Both the position numbers and the translations under genes were made by a program. The notes under the pieces were generated by a model. That model was not told where the DNA came from, did not search any database, and saw nothing but the letters and a program-made list of their open reading frames with translations. Shown here piece after piece: positions 52,056-61,121 of a DNA stretch of 64,000 nucleotides. Positions within the stretch are counted from its first letter, which is position 1, and each line of letters starts with the position of its first letter. The stretch spans positions 3,004 through 67,003 of the forward strand of contig CAIWJG010000631.1 of NCBI GenBank assembly GCA_903912925.1, read 5' to 3'. Source of the stretch: an uncultured Verrucomicrobia subdivision 3 bacterium (GTDB lineage: Bacteria; Verrucomicrobiota; Verrucomicrobiia; Limisphaerales; UBA8199).

Positions 52056-54950
52056 CTATTCGCCGACATATTGATCGTCCTGGCTGATGATGGTCACGTT
52101 GGCACGAGCACTGACCCCCTCAGCAACCTTGCAGGCGAACTGAACGACGTTGTTCCCGGCTTCCAGTTGCGGGACATCTCCCTGCGGCTTGATGTCGCCC
52201 ATCAGTTCACCCTTGGCGTCGTACACCTTGCACTCCGTCAGGGAACGAAACTCCAAATAACTCCCGCTCGGAAGACTGGTTGGGAATGTGATCGTGTGGC
52301 CGCCGATCTTAATCGAGGGATTCACCAGCTCGACCCTCACATGCCGGAGGGCTTTGACCGGACTCAGATAGCATTCCACTCGTTCCCCTTTCGGCAGGTT
52401 GTTGTACCAGAGCCTTAGCGAATCGAGTCGCCCGTAATCAACCCAAAAGGTCGCTGCCACGCGGTTCAGGCGTTTAATGCCATCAACGCCGCCAAAATCC
52501 TTGTCCGGGTTCGTGTAGAAATAAGGCCAGCCGTAATCCATTAGCCGCTCGGAATCTGGCTCCACAAATTCAAAATAGCGCCAACCGGTAAAATCAATCA
52601 CCGCGTAATGTTCGCTCAAGCCGGCGCTGATATGCTCCGGCGCTCGCCATTGAAAGTTGAGCACCTCCCCCTTGCCATCGCCATGAATCCACACGCCGAA
52701 CCCCTTTTCCAGGAGATTGACAGGCTTCGAGAAGGTTTTGCCCGACATCGCCCAGGCACAGCGCGCATTGGTTTTGGAACTTGTAGCGCTAAAGCAACCA
52801 CTGACCGAGCCCGCCTTGACGGGCGTGGAAACGGTCTGCCATGCACTCGTGACCCCTTCGGTTACCTGCGACAGGCTGAACTCATTGGTCGAATCAAACG
52901 TCGCCACCACCTCTCCGTTGCCTTCATAAGGCGCCAGCGACAACAGCGCCTCAATTCTAACCTTCAGCGGCTGTTTGCGGAACTTGTTCTCGACCTTCCA
53001 TTGGTCGCTCTTCCCATCCAAGCCCAGGACTTTGTGGGTTTGGTATTTAACCGGGCGGAAGCGCCACTGCCCCCCGGCGGTCTTCTCCAATGTGAAGTCG
53101 CTATCCGGGGTTCCGAGCTTCTCCCGAACGGAAGGTGGAAAATAATTCGCGAGGCGCAATTCCTCGTGCTGCTTGACCAGCGCCCCCAATCGCTGTGCAT
53201 TATATGATTTCTCAAACGTGTCCGGGTCAAATCCCATCAGCCAGGAGAGACTGTGATCGCCCGCGATGGCCTTGCACATAATGTATTCCAGGTCATCCGA
53301 AAATGTCCGCATCCTATCCTTCGCTGACCAATCAAAGACGCACCACCAGCCGAGGTTGGCCGGCAGGAAAAACTGCTGGCTGCTTTTGTTGTCGAGAAAA
53401 TGCTGATCAATAAAGCGCTTATATCCCTTCGAAGGCGCGTCCCAAGCCCCGATGCGAGAACGCGCAAACCAGAGATCATGGTTGAAGGTGCTCATCTCCA
53501 TGATCGCCGGCCGCTTCATGGAGTGGCAGAGGGTATGGACGAATTTGGTGGCGTAATATTTATAGCTGTTGGGCCAGCGGCCGAGAATGTCCGTCCCATC
53601 CAGCGCATCGAGGTAGATCATGTCAAACCCGCATTGGTTATACACATCGGCGGTCCGCTCGGCCACTTCCTCGAACATCGACGAGTCGCCGTCCGGTGTG
53701 AACAGGCCAAAACATTCCTTAAGATGGTAAACCTTGGCGCCCGCCGCATGAGTGGTCGCCTTAGTGCCGTGGGCGCCCCGCTGACAACCGGTGAATGCGT
53801 AAGGTGGTTCCTTGCTAATGCCGCCGTAGGTGATCAATTCATCGTCAATCTGCACCGTCACGCTGTTGCGCACCTGGAAGCCCGTCAGCGTGGACATGTC
53901 CTTTGTAGTTTCCTCCACCGCGACGGTTTGGTTGGTTTCCCCCAGGGCCGCGGCCAGCGTAAAACTTGCGTCTTTCCCCAACCGCTTGTTCGGCACCGGT
54001 GTGACCCATTTGCTGTCCTTGGCCACAAAAAAGGCGTAAGTATGCAGGCCGGCGGCAATCCCCGCTGCATGGAGCCTATCAATGACCGCTTTGAGACTGT
54101 CGAAGCCTTTCGGATAGACCTTCGGGTCCGGCTCATAATCTCCAAAACGCAGCGTATGCCCCGTATGAAAATCAATCTGCTTCGCGCCTATTCCCCTGGC
54201 AGTGGCAATCCATTTATCCACGTTCGTTTCCGAAATGGAACCCGGATAATCGATCAGATAGGAGCCGCGGTTGGCTCCCGCATCCAGTGCCCACGGTCCG
54301 CCACGGTCGGTCTGCGGAAGATCCCTGTTCGCTCGGACAACTTCCTTTATGACATTGCGAAGCTCCCCCTGCGGGCAGCCCAGGATCGCGGCCTTGGCGC
54401 CCACGAAACCCGGACGAGGAAAACAACTTGCGAGCAGGTGCCGGCTCGGGCCGGGCAGATCGTTGATGTCCGTCTGGATACTCAAAGCCAGCGCGCAGGC
54501 TTGGAACTTATCCTCCACCGACCCCGCAACATTCAGGGGCACATCAACGAACACTACTTCATCAATCGCCGCATCGCTCACCGACAGCAACTCGAAGGTG
54601 AAATATCGCTTCTCAATGGCCACCCGGATGACAGCCGTTACGCCGGATTCGCCAAATTGCACTTGTAGCTTGCCATCGGCATAAGTTGCCTGCGTTGCCC
54701 CGTATTGCTTCCCGGCCTTTCTCAACCTCGCGAACTTAGCGGCTCCCTTGTGGTCGCAGTAGTCCGTGCCCGACTTCTTGTCCACAAAACCGGAATTCGA
54801 GCCATCTGCCGCGATGACATATTTCACGTGCTCGTTTTCAAGCTCGATAGGCCTGGCCGTTTCCGCGTTGAGAGCCAGCACCGCCGCCACCAGCACGAAT
54901 GCTTGAGCGAGTAATCCCAGTCCGCGTCTTAGTCGGGTATTTGATTGCAT
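52056..54950 (-). CDS. Large secreted hypothetical protein, glycoside-hydrolase-like (unclassified)
   Basis: ATG 54950 gives MQSNTRLRRGLGLLAQAFVLVAAVLALNA. Lies 13 nt downstream of the GH2 gene. TIM-barrel-like central region (IDFHTGHTLRF...GIAAGLHTYAF). Confidence 0.75.
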   Translation of the reverse strand: MQSNTRLRRGLGLLAQAFVLVAAVLALNAETARPIELENEHVKYVIAADGSNSGFVDKKSGTDYCDHKGAAKFARLRKAGKQYGATQATYADGKLQVQFGESGVTAVIRVAIEKRYFTFELLSVSDAAIDEVVFVDVPLNVAGSVEDKFQACALALSIQTDINDLPGPSRHLLASCFPRPGFVGAKAAILGCPQGELRNVIKEVVRANRDLPQTDRGGPWALDAGANRGSYLIDYPGSISETNVDKWIATARGIGAKQIDFHTGHTLRFGDYEPDPKVYPKGFDSLKAVIDRLHAAGIAAGLHTYAFFVAKDSKWVTPVPNKRLGKDASFTLAAALGETNQTVAVEETTKDMSTLTGFQVRNSVTVQIDDELITYGGISKEPPYAFTGCQRGAHGTKATTHAAGAKVYHLKECFGLFTPDGDSSMFEEVAERTADVYNQCGFDMIYLDALDGTDILGRWPNSYKYYATKFVHTLCHSMKRPAIMEMSTFNHDLWFARSRIGAWDAPSKGYKRFIDQHFLDNKSSQQFFLPANLGWWCVFDWSAKDRMRTFSDDLEYIMCKAIAGDHSLSWLMGFDPDTFEKSYNAQRLGALVKQHEELRLANYFPPSVREKLGTPDSDFTLEKTAGGQWRFRPVKYQTHKVLGLDGKSDQWKVENKFRKQPLKVRIEALLSLAPYEGNGEVVATFDSTNEFSLSQVTEGVTSAWQTVSTPVKAGSVSGCFSATSSKTNARCAWAMSGKTFSKPVNLLEKGFGVWIHGDGKGEVLNFQWRAPEHISAGLSEHYAVIDFTGWRYFEFVEPDSERLMDYGWPYFYTNPDKDFGGVDGIKRLNRVAATFWVDYGRLDSLRLWYNNLPKGERVECYLSPVKALRHVRVELVNPSIKIGGHTITFPTSLPSGSYLEFRSLTECKVYDAKGELMGDIKPQGDVPQLEAGNNVVQFACKVAEGVSARANVTIISQDDQYVGE

Positions 54951-54963
54951 CCTTGTTACCCCT

Positions 54964-57798
54964 CTATTCCTGTTCCTTTTTCTGCTGAGCTTCGGCCGGG
55001 GGCTTGGGTTCAGGGCGGGGGCTGAACAGCCGCACGAACTCCGCCTCGGGCACCTGGGCGGTTGGGGCGAACTGTTCGCTCTGGGCATAACGTATCAGGG
55101 ACGCCGTCAGATTTCGCACATCGAGCTTCTGGTTCAGGTTAGTCCTGAGGTTGAGGCTGGTCACAAGCACCCTGCCCTGGCCAACTCCGAACTCCAGCAG
55201 GTGTGCATTGTTGGCATTGTTCTTGTAAAAATCAATCATGCGGATGATCGGCTTCGCCCCGTACTGCCGCAACGGTTCGAAGTTCATGGGGACGACGCCC
55301 CTGATGGCCCAAACGAATTGCAGGTCGCAAAAGTCTTCGCAGGGAAAGCCCGCCAGCGCCGGATGAGGCGTTATCACCGAGCCGGCATTTCCCGGCCCGG
55401 CGTTCCAAGGCAGCGCCCGGAAATAAGTGTAAAAATTGGGCATCCCTTTGTAGTATATCTTGTCCTGCTCGATCACAGCGCCTCTGGTCATTAGCAGGCA
55501 CTTGCCCCCGGCCTTGATGTACTCTTCCAGCGCCTGGTCCAACCCATCGGCTACGACCAACTTTGTCTCCCTGGGTATCAGCGCAGAACTGGCGGGGTTC
55601 AACCGGAGGAACACCGTATCACCTATGGTATGGCCGGCGTTTGTCACCTGCCCAAGCGAGACCACATCCAGCGCTGGCTCGGCAAACGCCCAAAAAGACC
55701 AGTTGTTCGCGTTTACCACTTTACCGCGCTTCTCTAGCGAAACCAGCAGCTCGATCTTATACCCTTTGTCGGCGTTCGGCAGGTTTACCTCCGCGCTTCC
55801 AGCCTGGGTCAGCTCACCGTAGTTGACGGATGCCAGCTTTAGCTGCCCTTGATCAAAAACCTTGTTGCCACGGACTGCTTTCCACTTGAGAACGGAGCCG
55901 GCAAGATTCGCTTCTCCATAGTGGCTCACGGCCAATGGAATTTGCTCGAACCCGCCCATCCTGAGCGCGCGGTTGCCTTCTTTGGCCAACACGACCACGG
56001 TGTCGCCGACGGACTTCAGGAACTCCCTGGCTGAGACGTTCTTTGGCTGCCAAAAATCGTCCACTACGCCTTCGGCATACTGATGAAAGTCCACCCATGA
56101 CCAGAGGATGAAGCCTTCGACGTGCGGGCAGCGCCTGGCATACTCCAGTCCGTCCTTCCGGGAAAGGGCCTGCACCCACAGTGAGTTCTTTCGGTAGGTC
56201 GGGATCAGTTCCTCCTGGCCGTTCCTGCGCGCCGACTCGACTAGCGTGTCGAACCAGGTGGGCAGCATCTGCGTGTCTTTGTACTTGGGTTTGTCATTGG
56301 GGTCAGGGTAGCAGCTCCACCAGTTCCACTCGTGCAACAAGGCCGGATGCTGACCATCGTTGTTGACCACCGTTTCGTCCAGCACTTCCTTGCTCCAAGT
56401 CGGGATGATCGACGCATAGAAGTCGGTGAGCCTGTCGCCCTTGGCGGTCTTCACGGAGTCCAGGTAGCCGGTACAGTCGATGGCCAGCGCGTGTGGTGCC
56501 AGCTTCTTCGCCTGCGAGGTAAGTTCCCGGCTGAAGAAGTCAAATGATTCCTGGGTCTGGGCGCCAAACTCCAATTCGCTCGACATGCTGTAGCTGACCA
56601 CGCTCGCATGATTGCGGCTTTGTTTGACAAGGCCGTCCAGCTCCTGTGAAAAGTAGTTTCTAAACTCCTTGTCAATCGTGTAGCGGTTGGCCCTGAGCAC
56701 CGGCCCCACGCCGAAGGGCATTTCCTGGATGAGCATGATCCCCGCTTCATCTGCGGCTTCCACGAAGTCCTGCGACCAGGTTTCCACGCAGACTTTGCCC
56801 ATGTTGATCCCGAAGTCGCGCGCGAGCTTGAGCCTGGGCAAGTACCAGTTGAGGTCCACCGGCGGAGCAATTGTATCCAAATAGAGGGCCATGTCGCCCA
56901 TACAGCGCACATAAATGGGCTTGCCGTTCAGGATGAACTTGTTTGTGGTGGTGGAGATTTCGCGCATGCCGAAGCGCAGCCCGGATCTGTCAATGGGCTG
57001 CCGCCCCCCTTCGCGATAGATCAGTGTCTCCATCGTGTAGAGCTTGGGATGGGTGGGATACCAGGTGATGAACTTGCGGAGCTTCACCTCCGCTTTGCCT
57101 TCGGTTTCACCCGCAGGGAGCGTGACCTCAGCGCTGCCCAGCGTTCGCTGCCCGTCCGTCGCCTTGAGCACGACCCGGAGCGGCGACGGCGAAGGATGCG
57201 ACAGCGCAAAACTCACGACCGCCTTCGACTGCATCAGCCTAGGCTGGATGTATTCGTCTATTAACGAGACCTTGTCGGTGATCTCCAGACACACCGGTCG
57301 GTAAACACCCGACCAGGTCATGCTCAATTCCTGCCATTCATACATTCCATCCAGCCGGACCTTGGGGAAGTCGCACACCTTGATTGCCACCATGTTCTCC
57401 GCCCCAGGCTGCACGAATTCGGTGACGTCCACTCGTTGCTGTGTGCGCGAACTCTTGGTATAGCCAACACGCCTGCCGTTGAGATACACTTCCGCCGCGG
57501 GGAGGACGCCGCCCAGCCTCAGCCAGACGCGCTTGCCAGACTCAAGGTGCGGCATCTGGAACTTGCGCCTCACCCAGAACGAATCCAGAAACTGGCACTT
57601 CTGCCGGGAATTCGGCGTGCCGATCCCTTGGGCCTGCGGCACGCCGGGAATTTCGATGGTGCGGTCGAAGCTTCCCTTGCCTTCTTGCCAACCCTGGGCG
57701 ACCCCGACGCCGTCTTTGTCCAACTGGAACTGCCAGGTACCATTCAGATCCACCCGAGGCCGGAAACATCCGTATCGAAAGGAGAACACGTCGGGCAA
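54964..57798 (-). CDS. GH2-family glycosidase (beta-galactosidase/glucuronidase/mannosidase-like)
   Basis: LNGTWQFQLD...IEIPGVPQ, VWLRLGGVLPAAEVYLNGRRVGY, FILNGKPIYVRCMGD, and NHASVVSYSMSSE (acid/base region). Only TTG 57798 or GTG 57789 are available as starts, and there is no signal peptide. Confidence 0.8.
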   Translation of the reverse strand: MPDVFSFRYGCFRPRVDLNGTWQFQLDKDGVGVAQGWQEGKGSFDRTIEIPGVPQAQGIGTPNSRQKCQFLDSFWVRRKFQMPHLESGKRVWLRLGGVLPAAEVYLNGRRVGYTKSSRTQQRVDVTEFVQPGAENMVAIKVCDFPKVRLDGMYEWQELSMTWSGVYRPVCLEITDKVSLIDEYIQPRLMQSKAVVSFALSHPSPSPLRVVLKATDGQRTLGSAEVTLPAGETEGKAEVKLRKFITWYPTHPKLYTMETLIYREGGRQPIDRSGLRFGMREISTTTNKFILNGKPIYVRCMGDMALYLDTIAPPVDLNWYLPRLKLARDFGINMGKVCVETWSQDFVEAADEAGIMLIQEMPFGVGPVLRANRYTIDKEFRNYFSQELDGLVKQSRNHASVVSYSMSSELEFGAQTQESFDFFSRELTSQAKKLAPHALAIDCTGYLDSVKTAKGDRLTDFYASIIPTWSKEVLDETVVNNDGQHPALLHEWNWWSCYPDPNDKPKYKDTQMLPTWFDTLVESARRNGQEELIPTYRKNSLWVQALSRKDGLEYARRCPHVEGFILWSWVDFHQYAEGVVDDFWQPKNVSAREFLKSVGDTVVVLAKEGNRALRMGGFEQIPLAVSHYGEANLAGSVLKWKAVRGNKVFDQGQLKLASVNYGELTQAGSAEVNLPNADKGYKIELLVSLEKRGKVVNANNWSFWAFAEPALDVVSLGQVTNAGHTIGDTVFLRLNPASSALIPRETKLVVADGLDQALEEYIKAGGKCLLMTRGAVIEQDKIYYKGMPNFYTYFRALPWNAGPGNAGSVITPHPALAGFPCEDFCDLQFVWAIRGVVPMNFEPLRQYGAKPIIRMIDFYKNNANNAHLLEFGVGQGRVLVTSLNLRTNLNQKLDVRNLTASLIRYAQSEQFAPTAQVPEAEFVRLFSPRPEPKPPAEAQQKKEQE

Positions 57799-58125
57799 GA
57801 AACATTCGCTAGCCTGCTGCTGGTCCGTGCCATACTACGGAGTAAGTGGCTTGCACTACAATTCTCCTCGTTTTGTGCGTATTCTGCGCCTCTTCGCGGC
57901 TATTCCTTAGTGTTCTATCCTGCTGCCCTGGTAGTAAGTCTTGTCTTTTTGAATCTCCGCGCTGGTTGCCTTCGCGCATCCGAACAATGCGAGCAGCAGA
58001 GCCAATTGATAACTGTAAGCTTCGAGTGTTGCGACCTGGCCTTTACGTTTAATCTGCGACTGTTTGCGCCTTTCGGGAACGCGCGTCGTGCCCAACTCAA
58101 GGTCAGAAGTCACAGGATACCGCTA

Positions 58126-59649
58126 TCAAGGTTTCTTTGCTGTTTCCCTCGCGTAGGCAATTGTAATTACGTCGTCCAGGGCAGTATAGATAGAGCCCTT
58201 CAGGCGCTGGATTCTCTGGGTAGCCGTGAATTGATCCTCTATGTCGCAAACATTCTTAAGGCACGCTTCCAGTGCCTTCGCATAGGCTGCCCTGCCTTTA
58301 TCAATAAGGTTGGGTTCCAGCAGATAAACGGGAACGGCCGATGTGCCGCCTGCCAATCCGATTCCGAATCCGATGTGCAGTTCTCCCGGCCCCGGATAAG
58401 CCGGTAATGCCTTCAAATGGACGCCATCCGCATCATAGTCCATGTTGCTGAAGTAACCGTTCTCCGCGAGTTGGAAGGTTTCCACCAGCTTGGCCAGCGC
58501 AGCCGGGCTCTTGGGCTGGTACAGTTCCTCGAGGACCTCCGCCAGTACATCCTCCACCCTCCGGCTGGTGTCCGACATGATCTTGCCGCCGAAAGCGATG
58601 TTCACCTCCACCCCGGGATTCGTAATCGGTCCCTGGTAATAAAGGGTCGTGCGGCCGCCGTCGGCATAAAGCTGCTTGATATGCGCCCCGGTCTTCTGGG
58701 TGTAGGGCAGGAACCAACGCTGGCGATGGCAACGGAACGGTGGATAAACCCAGAAACCTCCCGACGTGCCAAACTTGCAGTGCAGTCGTTCAATGAACGC
58801 CTTGCGCTCAGCCTGCTTGATGTATTGCCCGTGATGACCCTGGTCCAGGATGCTGTCCACCTTGCTGCTGAGTTCAACCAGGTTGGTCTTGTCTTCCTCG
58901 GTGAAGCCGGTGTTCCAGTCCGCCCAACTGATCGTTATTGCGGCAATATATTTGTCGGGCGCTTGCTTGCGGATGTAGTCGGCGCAGCGCGCGGTGATGC
59001 CATTGTAGTAGGTGGCCTGAACCGGCCATTTCTTCATACAGGCATCGCAAGTGCAGCGGCCCAAATCGGAGGCTTCCAGGTGATAGCCGTCAAAATCATA
59101 GCGCAGGATGAAATCGATGATCTTCTTCTGCCACTGCCACGATTCTTCTTTGGAAGCGCACATCGCGTGCGGATTGGGCCCTTTCACTGCAGGGTCGGCT
59201 TCGATGATTTTGTCAAATCCCCAACTATAGACTCCGAGGCCATAGACCACCTTTATGCCGCGGTCATGTGCAGCTCGCATGATTCTTCGAACGCGGGCAT
59301 CCCGGTCTTTATCCACGGCGCTGACGATGTCCACCGGCCAACCCCAGGCGGCGAACAGACCGAACATGTCAAACATGTTGTAGCCCGACTTGGCCTGCAA
59401 ATCCATTGTCCGGATTATGCTCTGCTCAGCGATATCATCGAGAATCACTGGCGGCCAGGAACCAAACGGAAGCGGCTCGGTCCGGACATCGTTGATCCAC
59501 GCACCGAAAGCCATTCGGTCGGTAATGGCCTGCTTGCCAATCAGTGGCGTTTTGGAGGCTGGATTGGTTTCCGATAATGCGTTGCGGGCCAACAGACCCA
59601 GCCCAGCGGCGGATGCGGTCTTAACGAAATCGCGACGATTAATGTTCAT
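58126..59649 (-). CDS. Tat-exported TIM-barrel hydrolase-like protein with C-x-C-x2-C motif (unclassified)
   Basis: MNINRRDFVKTASAAGLGLLA (Tat signal). GIKVVYGLGVYSWGF. YHLEASDLGRCTCDACMKKW. Confidence 0.8.
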   Translation of the reverse strand: MNINRRDFVKTASAAGLGLLARNALSETNPASKTPLIGKQAITDRMAFGAWINDVRTEPLPFGSWPPVILDDIAEQSIIRTMDLQAKSGYNMFDMFGLFAAWGWPVDIVSAVDKDRDARVRRIMRAAHDRGIKVVYGLGVYSWGFDKIIEADPAVKGPNPHAMCASKEESWQWQKKIIDFILRYDFDGYHLEASDLGRCTCDACMKKWPVQATYYNGITARCADYIRKQAPDKYIAAITISWADWNTGFTEEDKTNLVELSSKVDSILDQGHHGQYIKQAERKAFIERLHCKFGTSGGFWVYPPFRCHRQRWFLPYTQKTGAHIKQLYADGGRTTLYYQGPITNPGVEVNIAFGGKIMSDTSRRVEDVLAEVLEELYQPKSPAALAKLVETFQLAENGYFSNMDYDADGVHLKALPAYPGPGELHIGFGIGLAGGTSAVPVYLLEPNLIDKGRAAYAKALEACLKNVCDIEDQFTATQRIQRLKGSIYTALDDVITIAYARETAKKP

Positions 59650-59950
59650 GTTTTATGACCTTATTATTGCAGTAATTATTTGGATCCACTTGGGTGACTG
59701 CGGATTTGGTTCAAATGTTTAGCTCATGGTCTGTTGGACGACACGTATAGCAGAAGCCAGAAATCAGAAAACGGCTACTGTCAGGATATTGTTTGTTTGT
59801 GCTGGTATGCTGCCGACGGCAGTTATGGAAACAGTATGGAACATATCGTCAGGAGGCCGGTCCGGTCAATTCTCACCGGCGTGACTTTCATCTGTTTTCC
59901 AAATGCACCATCATGTAACTTTGTGCCGGCCAACAGCCAACGACCGTGTT

Positions 59951-60988
59951 ATGAAACCGATCTCCCGTCGCAAATTTGTCCGCCTGTCTGCCATCGCAAG
60001 CGGCGCTGCACCCATCGTTGCCGCCGCGGCGGGCGCCCATTCAAATGCACCTTCAACCCTCCCTGCCACGCCTGCGGAACGACAGACTGCTCGCAATTCA
60101 TCGGCGTTGCCGACCGCGGATAGCCATCGAAAAGAGAACACCACCCTGAGGATCGGGCATTGTCAGCTTGAATCCAAATGCGGGGCGTTTGAAACCAACC
60201 TGGGCAAAGTTGTTCAAGGGTTAGAGCGAGCCGACCGGGAGCACGTCGAGATCGTTTGCTTTCCCGAGTGCTTCCTCACCGGCTATCCCGACACCGAAGC
60301 GCCGGCTCGCAAGGACGCCTTCGCCGTTGATTCGCCGAGCATGCTCAAGCTCCTCGACCGCACGAGCCGGTTTGAGGCCACCTTCATTGTCGGTTTCAAT
60401 GAGCGGCGCGGAGAGGACCTCTACAACTCCGCCGCGGTAATCCGCCAAGGGCGGGTGCAGGGCATCTACAGCAAATGCTCGGCTTACCACCGGTTTCACC
60501 AGCAGGGGCGCGAGTTCCCCGTGTTCGAACGGAATGGCGTGAAGTTCGGCATCGTGATCTGCTCCGACGGCGGTTACATCGAACCGGCCCGCATCCTGGC
60601 GCTGAAGGGGGCCAAGATCATCTTCTCGCCTCACTACAACTACATCAGCAAGGAATATCTCCTGACCCACTTTCAGGAGGTGCGGGCTGATCATGTTGCC
60701 CGGGCGGTTGAGAACCGCGTTTACTTCGTCCGGGGCAACAACGTCAGCGAGGGCCTCGACCCAGGTGTCCAGCGTTACGAGGGCGTCGGCTACGGCGATA
60801 GCTATATCATGGACCCGTATGGTGAGATCGTGGTCCGCAGCCGTAGGCATCGCGAGGATTTTATTTTTGCCGACGTTGACCCGGGCATGGCCCCGGATAA
60901 TGCATGGCAAATCGGCAGGTCGCGGTGGAGCTTTCGGGAGTTCGGCGCGCAACTTGCCGCGGCGGCTGGTCAGCCCTCTCGGGGTTGA
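59951..60988 (+). CDS. Carbon-nitrogen hydrolase (nitrilase superfamily), Tat-exported
   Basis: MKPISRRKFVRLSAIASGAAPIVAAAAGA. Candidate E-K-C triad contexts CFPECFLTGY, GIYSKCSAY and GIVICSDGGY. Confidence 0.85.
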   Translation: MKPISRRKFVRLSAIASGAAPIVAAAAGAHSNAPSTLPATPAERQTARNSSALPTADSHRKENTTLRIGHCQLESKCGAFETNLGKVVQGLERADREHVEIVCFPECFLTGYPDTEAPARKDAFAVDSPSMLKLLDRTSRFEATFIVGFNERRGEDLYNSAAVIRQGRVQGIYSKCSAYHRFHQQGREFPVFERNGVKFGIVICSDGGYIEPARILALKGAKIIFSPHYNYISKEYLLTHFQEVRADHVARAVENRVYFVRGNNVSEGLDPGVQRYEGVGYGDSYIMDPYGEIVVRSRRHREDFIFADVDPGMAPDNAWQIGRSRWSFREFGAQLAAAAGQPSRG

Positions 60989-61121
60989 CCCGGCGGACTG
61001 GAAGACCGAATAATTGCGCTATCTCGGGTGGGTCGGAATGCCGGTGTGGGTCGAGCTTTGGATGAACCGCGCAACATCAAGAAAGCAAACTCATTGGAAA
61101 TAACTGCTTCGCCAGGGTTGT

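Noticed and set aside
57907-58113. 68-aa minus-strand ORF in the GH2 / TIM-barrel spacer with a lipobox-like LLLALFGC
   Set aside because: The lipobox lies ~40 residues from the only ATG with no charged n-region. The alternative TTG start would give a ~28-aa product. No conservation evidence is available.
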